DNA from: Octopus sinensis | Lineage: Eukaryota | Reading direction: 5' to 3' | DNA length: 64,000 nucleotides | Assembly: GCF_006345805.1 (NCBI RefSeq) | Contig: NC_043013.1 | Span: 57,846,001-57,910,000 of the forward strand | In this document: piece after piece, positions 25,970 through 36,880 of the stretch | How the letters are laid out: each line of letters opens with the position of its first letter | How positions within the stretch are numbered: the stretch's first letter is position 1 | Notes under the pieces: model-generated | What the model was told of the DNA's origin: nothing | Databases searched by the model: none | What the model saw: only the letters and a program-made list of their open reading frames with translations | Translations under genes and position numbers: made by a program

Positions 25970-28900
25970 ACATTCTGCATAGAGGCTATCTTCTTCGTGT
26001 AGCTACGTTGGATCGCCTCGAGCTCTGTGATCAACTTGACACTGGATGGTGACCATAACTGAGAGCAGTAGTCAAAGTGGCTTAGGACAAGTGTCCTCCA
26101 GCGGACCATCATGGTTTTTTGTTCTCTTGTTCTAAAGGTTCTGAGGATCCATCCGGCCAGTCGTCTACATTTCATTGCCAATTTAGCAACATGTACACGA
26201 AAGGTCGCGTCATCACTCATGTAACTAACTAGGTCACGCACTGATTGTGCCTCTGGGATTGCTATTCATCCGGGTCCAGTGTATTCATTGGGTATTGCAT
26301 TTAGTTTTGCATGCTGATAGTATAGAGCTTGAAACTTTTCAGCATTGAAATACATGTATTCTTTTCGGGCCACTTTTTAGTGTCCTCAGGGTTCTGTATG
26401 GCCTGTAAAACTTTTGTATCATCTGCATAACTTGTGATCGTGGCTCTCTGCGTGGCTGAGGGCATGTTGAGAGGGCCATTATGAACAGTAGTGGTCCCAG
26501 AACAGTGTCCTGCGCGAACACGCTCACTATTGCGTGTTATGGAAGTGGCCCAATTGGCCACTACCACCTGACTTCTATCTTTTAGAAAGTCATGAGGCCA
26601 TTCTCCCAGTTTCCCAACTATGTTGAGATCACGCAGTTTGTGACATATCATTCCATGATCGACTTTATCAAAGGCCTTTGCAAAGTCGAGATATATCACT
26701 TCCACATTTGAGTGGTTGAGCAGCCGTTTCAGCACCCAGTCATAGTGTTGTAGGAGCTGAGTTAAACAGCTTCTCCCTGGTCGGAAACCATGTTGGGTGT
26801 CGGGCAGCAAGTCATTCTCTTCAAGAAAGGTGATCAGCTTCCTTCTGAGTCTGTTTTCATTTCATCTATAGCCTTGATTACATCGTCTTCCTTTATATCG
26901 ATGTAATCTATCGTCGCCGCCTCTGATTTTATATCTGCAGTGGTAATAAAAAAAGTGTTGGATTGCTGATTTGGAGATGCCCAAGGGGTGGGTGAAAACA
27001 CTCTTGAATTGCTCATTCAGTATTTCACTTACCCTCATTGATTTTCCTTAAGTGTGCCACCTTTTCGAGGAGTGGCCCTATTCTACAGTGCACCGTAGCT
27101 GTTTCTTTGGCATACCTATAGAAAGCTCTGGGGTTAGATTTTATGTTGTCTATAGCCCAGGCTTCTTTGTCTGCTCTTTCCTTTTCATGGGAGAGTGCAG
27201 ACAGTTTTTGATTTCCAACAGGTTTATTTTTAGGCGGGATTTTCACTGCTTTCATTCTGTTTGTTTCGGCGATTGAAAATTGTGTACGCCGTCTCATTAA
27301 AATTTTCCTCTCTCTGGGGATTTTGTTCTTGTGTACAGTGGCCTTTCTCTCTGGGACACATTTGTAGCATATGGCTTGCATTACAGACATGAATTGTTGA
27401 AGTTTCACGTCGATGTCTGGCGAGGAGAGACATTAGGCCAGTTTTGTTTGAGGATCTCTTTCTCAATTTGTTTCCAGTTTGCCTTATGGTCGTTCAAGCT
27501 GGAAAGATTCTGGGGGTTTCTTGTAGGCTGCATGTTCCGTGCTCTCTTTTGGCCCGTACATGGTCAGCTCTATCATGTTGTGATCCGAGTGTAGTTGTCG
27601 GTGTCACTTTCACATTATGGATGAGATCCATGTCATTTGTGAGCAGAGATCCAGTGTGTTACCTGCCCTGGTTGGTTGGAGTATTCCTGCTCCATGTACA
27701 GGGTGTCGATGAGGTTCAGAGGGGACCTCGCCTGTCCTCGTTCACATCTTGTCATTCCTGGGAGAGAAAGGCCCTCGGGCCATAGACATTGGGCAGGTGA
27801 AGTCTCCCATAAGATGTACACTTTGTGTTGTTCTAATGTGGTTAGAACTTCTTCTATTTTTTTATAGGCACTCTTCAAACTTGCCCACATGGCTTGGGGC
27901 ATCTGGAGGGCGATATGGTTAGCACACACAACTTCATCAAGTTGCCTAATTGTACAATTAGTGTGTCACACACCGATTTGAGTATGACAAGAGGTCCTGG
28001 GGTGGAGGTCCTCACGGATGTACGTAGCAACACCTCCATGACTCCTTTCTTTCCTGTCAGTCCGTAGTACAGCATACTTGGTTATGTGTAACTCCGCATC
28101 TGCTATATCCGGTTTCAGGTGCGTTTCCGTTAGTGCTATGCATAAGGCTTGATTGCATGCAACAAAATCTCTCAGGAACGGGATTTTTGTCCTGTTACTG
28201 AGTGTTTGCAGTCCTCTGATGTTCAGTAGGATCATCGAGGTGAGGTGTACTTTGTTGCCGGTGGTGTCCATCCTGGGTCTGTTTGCTGTGGTGGTCTGGT
28301 ATATAGTGGGTGGTCTCACCTGCGGGCTTGGGTTTGATGAAGCCAGGTCAGCTGCTGTACAATCTTTTGTGCCATGCACAAAAAAGATTGTTGCTCAGCA
28401 GCTGCCCTTTCGACAACATCATGTTTGTGGTTTGTGGCACGCACAACATCTGCGTACCTCCGCTTTGGGACAAGTGGTGCGTGGTCCATCCCTTTTCCCT
28501 GTGTTGATGGTTTCTCCATCTGCCTCGTGTCTCTGTGGCAGGGTCCCCGATGTGCAAAGCGGCAGCCTTCGCCTTCCTTTCCATGCCAGCAGGAACCTCT
28601 CAGGTAGAACCTACACACCCGTGTGCGCTGTCAGTTTCCTTCTTTTGCGGTTCCACTTCTATTCCTGATTTTTTCACCCTTTGGTCCTGCTTGAGCTTTT
28701 CCTTTAGCTCTACCAGCCCTTCTTTTAGTTCTTCCTCCTCCCTCTACCTCTTCACCGGGTTCTCCGTCTCCATGGCCTTTGCTGCCGGTTGGAGAACTTG
28801 CACCTGGGTTCACTTCCCGGGCAGGTTTCTCATTCAAATCCTCCTCCCGGGCGTCCACCAGGTGGGGGTGACTTCTTTCATCGTCTCCATTCTTGCCATC

Positions 28901-29150
28901 TTTGCCCCGCTCGTTCTCAAAGATGGCATCAAGTGCGCCAATGTGCGACCGTATAAGCGAATATGAGCGCACGAATTCCCGTCTCTTTCGCTCCATCTGA
29001 GCCGCTGTCCTCTTGTAGCCTTTGCTCTTCAGCGCAGCCGCAATCACTTCGCTAGGGCTATCTCCGTCGGCGCACGTCCATGCTCGTACGAATAAATCTA
29101 GTTCGTCAGGTCTCCATGCTCTGGACATGCTGGATGATCTGTCTATTTGT
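25970..29150 (-). mobile_element. CR1/L2-group LINE, subfamily B, with intact 5' region (ORF1), 3'-truncated, with an internal deletion at ~26846
   Basis: ORF1 is 29128-28316 and the ORF2 start is MDTTGNKVHLTSMILLNIRGL. The deletion joins GACTCAG to AAGGAAGCTG via CAG microhomology relative to the 19272 copy. Confidence 0.9.
28316..29128 (-). pseudogene. LINE ORF1: Myb/SANT-like (trihelix) N-terminus plus CCCH zinc finger, one in-frame TGA at 28631-28633
   Basis: WRPDELDLFVRAW...VIAAALKSKGYKRTAAQMERKRREF, then in the same frame after the stop CRFYLRGSCWHGKEGEGCRFAH and KRRYADVVR. Confidence 0.7.
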
Positions 29151-29184
29151 TTATCTATCTAACTATGTTCGAGAGAAAACAAGA

Positions 29185-29725
29185 AGATATTAAGGCTAAT
29201 TAGAAGATAGAGTATTTGGAAAAAAAAAAAAAAAATAACAAATATTAAAGTTTGTGGGTAAAAACGTTATTTAATCTTAAGGCTTATTAGGAGATAGAGT
29301 ATCTGAAAATATATAAGCAATATTAATATTATATTAGAGTGTGGGTAAAAACGTTATTTAATCTTAAGGCTAATTTGAGGATAGAGTATTATTAATATTA
29401 ACAGTATTAAAGTTTGTGGGTAAAAACGGTATTTAATCTTACGCTAATTAGGAGATAGAGTATCTGAAAATATGTTAACAATATTGCAATTATATTAAAG
29501 TGTGGGTAAAAATCGTTATTTAATCTTAAGGCTAATTAGAAGATAGAGTATTCAAAAATATATTAAAGTGTGGGTGAAAAAGTTAAAGTGTGGGTAAAAA
29601 CGTTATTTATTCTTAAGGCTAATTAGAAGATAGAGTCTCTGAAAAATTATTAACAATGTTAAAAAATATTAAACAGTATTAAACGTTATTTAATCTTAAG
29701 GCTAATTAGAAGATGGAGTATCTGA
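29185..29725. repeat. Degenerate ~55-90-bp tandem repeat (~7 units; core GTGGGTAAAAACGTTATTTAATCTTAAGGCTAATTAGAAGATAGAGTAT)
   Basis: The core recurs near 29190, 29250, 29340, 29410, 29500, 29585 and 29680. Confidence 0.85.
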
Positions 29726-30635
29726 AAGAGGTAAGAAAGAGGGGAAAGATTAGTTATCTATATAAATTTCGTGAAAGTTCACGTCCATGTATATATACGC
29801 ATACATATATACATACACGCACACACACATACATACACGTGCACACACATACACATATACACATACGGGGAGAGAAGGAAGGTGGAAAAAAAGAAAGAAA
29901 ATGAGTGAAAATATATTAAAACATATATATATTTTAAAGTGTGAATAAAGGGTTATTTAATTCTGAAGCCAATTTCTGCCTTGGAGACAGTTATTTAAAT
30001 GTAAACAAAAATTGGCGATCGTAAACTTTAACGGAGATGAGAGCTTAAGTTAAATGGGATAAAAATAGGATAATAAACAAAATATGAAATAGAAGATGAA
30101 AGTGATACTTAATCCAAGGATGTGGTCTGGATTTTTTTCGTGGTTTACGGGGTTATTTTCCAGGAGATGTTTCTTTTTCCTTCTTCTAGGAGATAAGTTA
30201 CTTCAGTGGATTTTTTTCCACCATGTGCGTTTTCGGTGAAAAGAAAAAATTATTACTGTATTTGGCTTCAGGCAAAATATATTACGTTCTTGATTAATAT
30301 ATTTGTAGCCGAAGTGTTGTAGTGGGCTTTATGAGTTGAATTGGTGACTTTCAGTAGACTATTTCACCGATTTATGCACACTTTCTGCCTTTTTAAACAG
30401 AAAAAAGGCGATACACGACTCTCCCTGTCGGAACCGGAAATACGTATATATATATATATATATATGCATATATATATATATATATATGCATATATTATAT
30501 ATATATATATATATTATATATATAATATATATATCTACATAAATCTATCTATATATATGTATATTTATATATATATCTATCTATATATTATATATATATA
30601 TATTATATATATATATATATATATAAATCTATCTA

Positions 30636-30684
<49 letters not shown>

Positions 30685-30728
30685 ATTATATATTACCTAT
30701 CTATATATATATATCTATATATATATAT

Positions 30729-31620
30729 GAGGACAACACCATGCAGTTTAATGCAGTAAGTTCCAGGCCCTGCGCTACTGGCACACAAAGGTAAATGACG
30801 TGAAGACTCGATACACTGGCCCAGGAGAATTGCAATCCCTGAGTCAAAATCAGTGCGTGACCTGGGCATTGACATGAGCAATGATGCATCTTTCCAAATG
30901 CATATTGCTAATCTGGTGATAAAATGCAGACGGCTAGCTGGATGGATTCTCCGAACTTTCAGAACAAGAGAGAAGGAGACACTGATGGTCCTATGGAAAA
31001 CATTTGTCCTCAGCCGCTTGGACTACTGCCTCCCAACTTTGGTCACCACACAATATAAAACAAACAGCAGAACTTGAAGCAACTCAGAGAAGCTACACAA
31101 AGAAAATCGTTTCAATGCAAAATGTCAGCTACTGGAAAGACTGAATGTATTAAAGCTCTTCTCCCTGGAGCGGAGGCGGGAGAGATATGCAGTGATATAC
31201 CTGGAAATCCTGGAGGGTCTTGTCCCAAACTTGGCATTCAAAGTTACTCCACCGCAGAACGGGGCGCCGCTGCGGTGCCAAGGATTCCAACATCACCATC
31301 AAAATCAGGTCCAAATACTGCAACAGCTTGGGTTTCAGAGGACCACAGCTCTTTAACATCCTCCCTAAATGCCTGAGAGACTTACATGGTGTGGATGTGG
31401 GTTTCTTTAAAACTAAACTGGATCTCTTCTTGTTGGGAGTCCCAGATGAACCTACCTCACGACAGGAGACACGGATGCGGGCAGCAGCATCGAACTCCCT
31501 TGTTGATCAAGTGCCACGTATCAGAGGTGGATTCACAAACTAGTGTAGCTCATTCAGCGGTGGTGCCCCAGCATGGCCGCGGCCTTCGGGCTAAAACATT
31601 TTTAAGGATTTAAGGATTTA
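30729..31620 (+). mobile_element. CR1/L2-group LINE, subfamily A, 3' fragment
   Basis: Near-identical to 2525-3430 on the opposite strand. It ends GCATGGCCGCGGCCTTCGGGCTAAAAC...AAGGATTTAAGGATTTA. Confidence 0.92.
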
Positions 31621-31650
31621 TATCATATATATATATAATAATATATAGTA

Positions 31651-31688
<38 letters not shown>

Positions 31689-31825
31689 ATATCTATATAT
31701 ATATCTCTATATTTATATCTATATCTATATATATATTATATATATTTATATCTATCTCTCTCTCTCTCTCTATATATATAATATATATATATTCTATATA
31801 TATATATTGTATATATATATATATC

Positions 31826-31872
<47 letters not shown>

Positions 31873-31906
31873 CTATATTATATATTATATTATATATATA
31901 TATAAT

Positions 31907-31954
<48 letters not shown>

Positions 31955-32202
31955 TATATATATATATATCTATATTATCTATATATATATCTATATCTAT
32001 ATCTATATATCTATATCTATATATCTATATCTATATATATATAGTAACGTATTTTTGCCATTTCAATATGGCTAACCCCTAAGGGTGGATGCTACAGTAG
32101 TTTTTAGCCCCAGGAGGACACACTCCTCCAGCTGGCCATAGACACACTATCTGTGTCCTGTCAGTATTTGCAAAGGGAAGTCATCCTTCCCGTCTTCAAC
32201 TT

Positions 32203-32261
32203 ATGATACACACGGACTCGAGTTTCGAGGTATTGACCTCTCGTTAGCGTGTGACAATCAT
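32203..32261 (-). ncRNA. Hammerhead family A with G5->A core lesion (CUAACGA), probably inactive
   Basis: The plus strand shows TCGTTAG instead of TCGTCAG. The rest is identical to 18555-18613. Confidence 0.8.
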
Positions 32262-32488
32262 AGTTGTCGCCGAGAATTATATTTCCTTCAGAAATACTTA
32301 TACTTTTTCCAGCGTCCACTGTCGCTGATATTGAAAAAGTGAAATCAAACAATGATAAATATCAAAGTGAGTTATATACAGTAGCGGTAACACATCATTG
32401 TTTGATTTCACTTTTTCAATATCAGCGACAGTGGACGCTGGAAAAAGTATAAGTATTTGTGAAGGAAATCTAATTCTCGGCGACAGCT

Positions 32489-32547
32489 ATGGTTGTCACA
32501 CGCTGACGAGAGGTCAATACCTCGAAACTCGAGTCCGTTGGTATCAT
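32489..32547 (+). ncRNA. Hammerhead family A, intact core, weakened stem I. Predicted cleavage between 32535 and 32536.
   Basis: CACACG CUGACGA GAGG-UCAAUA-CCUC GAAA CUCGAG UC|CGUUGG. Confidence 0.85.
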
Positions 32548-32750
32548 AAGTTGAAGACGGGAAGGATGACTTCCTTTGCAAATACTGACAGGACACAGGT
32601 AGTGTGTCTATGGCCAGCTGGAGGAGTGTGTCCTCCTGGGGCTAAAAACTACTGTAGCATCCACGCTTAGGGGTTAGCCATATTGAAATGGCAAAAATAC
32701 GTCACGATGTGTTACCGCTACTGTATATAACTCACTTTGATATTTATCAT

Positions 32751-32781
<31 letters not shown>

Positions 32782-32844
32782 ATATATATATCTATATATC
32801 TATATATATATCTATATATATATATCTAATATTCTATATCTATA

Positions 32845-32886
<42 letters not shown>

Positions 32887-32906
32887 TATATATATATAAT
32901 ATATAT

Positions 32907-32939
<33 letters not shown>

Positions 32940-33046
32940 ATATATATATATATTATAATATATATATAATATAAACACACACACAAACACACATATAAAT
33001 AAGTATATGTATGTATATATATATATTATATAATATAATATATATT

Positions 33047-33720
33047 AAGGGTGCGGTGAACCAATTGTCACCTAAATTACGCAGAATTGGATTAACACTG
33101 ACATCTCGTGTTAGCAGATATGTTTACCAAATTTAAATAAAGATATTTTGAAATACGAAATATAAAATTTTTTGTTTTAAAAATCGCCATTGGCATGAAC
33201 TGCAGACATCAGACGAATTCGGGATCTCCTACAACTCTTCTGGCTGGTCTTTTTGTTTATGCTGTTGAATGCTACCATAATCCTTGCCTTCTGTTCATCT
33301 TCGGTGTTACAGGGAATTTTGAAGATGTCTCGCTCTACTGTGTTTAAAATATAATAATCAAGGATGCTGCAGTCTGGGAAGTTAGGTAGCCAGATGCTAG
33401 GGGTGATGTGGTTGCAGAAATTGTCTGACAGCCATGACTGGGTTCTCCTGCTGGTGTGGTATGGTGCAGACATGGGGGACATCCAGTCGCCACCCTCTTC
33501 ACCTAAGGTAGCACTACATTCTCCAGGCAGTTGATGTAGGCCTCTGTGTTGAGTCCGAGGCTATGTAGGAAGATGGAGGCATAATGCCACCATCAATAGT
33601 GATCACTTCAAACACCATGATGTTGACAGGATGTTTGATTTTTATCACTTTCGGTGCATCTCCTTAGATTGTACTGTCCTCAGATTGGCCCCAAGCACTA
33701 TGAAATGTTCGTATTGGAGC
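33047..33720 (-). mobile_element. Tc1/mariner superfamily (maT/DD37D-like) transposase C-terminal relic with probable TIR at ~33047
   Basis: IWLPNFPDCSILDYYI (from WPPSSPDLNPLDYY) and SCRRSRIRLMSAVHANGDF. Confidence 0.7.
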
Positions 33721-34589
33721 TTCCAGCATAAATGCCAAGCAGTACAGCATGCTGTTTCCAAGTTTCTGGCTGAGTGAATTGAGTCATGTTGCTTTTTTTG
33801 CTCTCAGAAGGTGCCCAGCTGATCCTACAACACCGTGTAGTCGACAAAATCAAAAACAAACAAAAATTAAAAACATGGAATGGTGACGATTTATCCATCG
33901 CATCCTCTACAGAGAGAGAGAGGGGGGAGAGATGGAGAGATAAGGGTGACCTCCATACTACAAGTAAGTGTCCAGTAAAATATATTTCATTTTCAAAATT
34001 TAGTAGACTCTACAAAATGTTCTGGACCATTCTTGTCACTGCCAATAAATGAAACCACGGAACTTGCAAATAACAGAACCATTTCGTTCGGTATTTGTGT
34101 GCGTTCTTGTTCAATATCTGCCTCAATTCGCTGACTGTTGCGAGTTATCTAGCGTAAATTTTGACTTTTTAAATATTCCTATGAAAAACCATTTTGTGGT
34201 GTGACGTTTTATAAACATGAAGGTATTCTAATGAGCTTCTTTCGCCCAAGCCATCTGTCTGGCAAAATCTGGTCGAGGTAAGCAGTTACACTACCTTCAA
34301 AACAGAATGTCTATGTTAGTTCCTTAGCCGTTAAGTCGTACCATTCTGCAACTTCTTGTAAACATGCTGTTCCATGATTGTCAGATGCCATTTACTTTCA
34401 ATGTAGCCGCATCACAGCAAACAGTCTTTGTTGGAAAATGGGCATATTCTACACATCGTGCCAAGTAAACTTCCGCTTATTCGTTCTGGTTCATTTTCAA
34501 TGATTGCATACGTATTCTGAGAAAACAACTTTTCTAACGACATCGCTCCAAAATGTGATGGTCGACTGATTTTCAGATTCCCTTCTCAC

Positions 34590-35050
34590 GACTCGCTTGC
34601 CGTACACATTTGATACAGTGGATCACAAAATCCTGCCGAAGAAGCTGTCCAACATTGGAATCTGTGGAAAGCTGCAGTGGATAAAGTGTTTCCTCACGAA
34701 TAGAACCCAACATGTGCTTGAGGGAATACAATCCAGTTCAGCCGAAGTCAGTATTAGGGACCCGCAAGGTACTGTGTTGGGCCCACTCCTCTTCATTATT
34801 TACATCAAAGACATAGTAAATGCCATCAAACATGCTACATTGAAAATCTTTGTGGATGATTCCAAACACCAGAAATCCATAAACGGAATGCTTCCTGTCA
34901 GATCTGTTTGCTTATTGTCCAATGGGCGGAAAAAAAACATTTTAAATGAAGATAAGTTTGATTTGATCCACTTTTGGAAAGATGAAACTCTGAAATTACC
35001 ATATGCTCTTCCCTCGGACGACTCCCTAGTGTCATCCAACAACATCAGAG
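34590..35050 (+). mobile_element. Decayed CR1/L2-group RT fragment
   Basis: FDTVDHKIL, FLTNRTQHV, PQGTVLGPLLFIIYIKD, IFVDDSK. Confidence 0.8.
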
Positions 35051-35449
35051 CCTTGTGTAATATCCACTTTATTTGCATGTATATACTTGCCCGGGTTACT
35101 TTTCTCATGTATATCCTGGCCCGTGTTAGTTTTGCTCTTACAGCGCTCAGAACTACAAACGCATATAAACTCTGTATATACGTATATGAACATGCTCAAA
35201 CATTCTACAAGACTCTGCACCCCTACTGACATTACAACTTTCTGCTATAAATTTATCTTGAAATCGGTACACGCGAACACACATGCACAAATACAGGTGC
35301 AAACGAAGAAAGATACTCACACAAGCACAGTTATTTATATTTTTACAGATACGCCGAACTCGGCTCAGAACGTGCGTAAGAGACGTTCAAACAGACACAC
35401 TCTGGCTCACAAATACGCACATGTATATCGATCCACACAGACTTATTTC

Positions 35450-35850
35450 TTTATTGCCCAGAAGGGGTTAAACAGAGAGGGGACAAACAAAGAGAGACAA
35501 ACGGATTAAGTCAATTACATCGACCCCAGTGCGTAACTGGTACTTAATTTATCAACCCCGAAAGGATAAAAGACAAAGTCGACCTCGGCGGAATTTTAAC
35601 TCAGAACATAAAGACAGACGAAATGCCTATTTCTTTACTACACCCACAAGGGGCTAAACAGAGAGAGGACAAACAAGGACAGACAAACGGATTAAGTCGA
35701 TTATATTGATCTCAGTGCGTAAATGGTACTTCTTTAATCGACCCAGAAAGGATGAAAGGCAAAGTCGACTTCGGCGGAATTTGAACTCAGAACGTAACGG
35801 CAGACAAAATACGTCTACGCATTTCGCCCGGCGTGCTAACGTTTCTGCCA
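35450..35850 (-). mobile_element. Two tandem tRNA-derived SINE copies (octopus-type)
   Basis: The minus strand has a CTGGCAGAAACGTTAGCACGCCGGGCG head, B-box GAGTTCAAATTCC and central TTTCATCCTTTC.GGGTCGAT...AAGTACCA. The first copy lacks its head. Confidence 0.8.
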
Positions 35851-35852
35851 GA

Positions 35853-35896
<44 letters not shown>

Positions 35897-36524
35897 TATC
35901 TCCACACATATTTGTCACACGAGAAATATAAGTACAACGACATGGATGTTCAAACAAATACACGCCGACAGCTACGTACACAGACGCACGCAATCAGGCG
36001 ATTGAGAGTTGTAGGAAAGAGGAAGCAGAGTGGCAGATGCGAACACACAGACACAGAAACGCAAAGATACAAAACACACAGACGAACAGAGACACAGACA
36101 CGCATATATAAGTGGACGTTTCCACACGCAAAATGGTTCTATCGGTAAGTTAAAACACACACACACACACTGACAGACAGATAGAAAGACAAACAGACAT
36201 ACTCATGAACATATAAGAACGCAGAGAGTAAGAGACACAGACACATAATGCATACACACACTAGATCTATGGCTTGTAAACATTATGAAAAATGAGAAAA
36301 TTTTCTTAATAATAATAATTTTGAATTATATTAAGTAAAGTAATTTAGCTCTTAACTCTACTAAGGAAAGTGGCAGAGTCCTATTGCGTACGATATGGGC
36401 GCGCGAGTTCGCCAGTCGGCCTCAGCCAGAACATATTTCTGCATAGAACTGTACACTGTTTCTTTCATACACACAACATTTGATTGTACGTGCGTGCATG
36501 TGGGTGTGTATGTGTTTGTATTTG

Positions 36525-36880
36525 TTTTTCATCTTCTACTTGTTTCAATCATTTGACTGCGGCCATGTTGGGGCACCGCCATGAAGGCTTTTTCGTCGAG
36601 CAAATCGACCCATATTTCTAAGTCGAACCGCTAGCTTTTGTGCGAGACGGAAACACACACACACATAGATACACACACACAGACACACATACATAAATAA
36701 TACATCCATAATACACACACATACACACCCATATATATATACACACACACATATGACGGTTTCTTTCATTCTCAGTCTACCAAATCCACTCACAAGACCT
36801 TGACTGGCCTGTGGCTATAGTAGAAGATACTTGTCCAGGTGCCACGCAGTGGGACTGAACCCAGAACTATATGGTGTGAA
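36525..36880 (-). mobile_element. tRNA-derived CORE-like SINE (OR2-like) with a LINE-type 3' tail
   Basis: B-box GGTTCAGTCC, MIR-core-like GGCACCTGGACAAGTATCTTCTACTATAGCC and 3' GGCGGTGCCCCAACATGGCCGCAGTCAAATGATTGAAAC. Confidence 0.75.

Larger units (their letters stand above)
32044..32751. mobile_element. Retrozyme-like family A, head-to-head inverted pair of monomers
   Basis: 32044-32396 matches 18397-18748. 32395-32751 is the reverse complement of a circularly permuted full monomer that begins and ends at AATGA. Confidence 0.85.
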
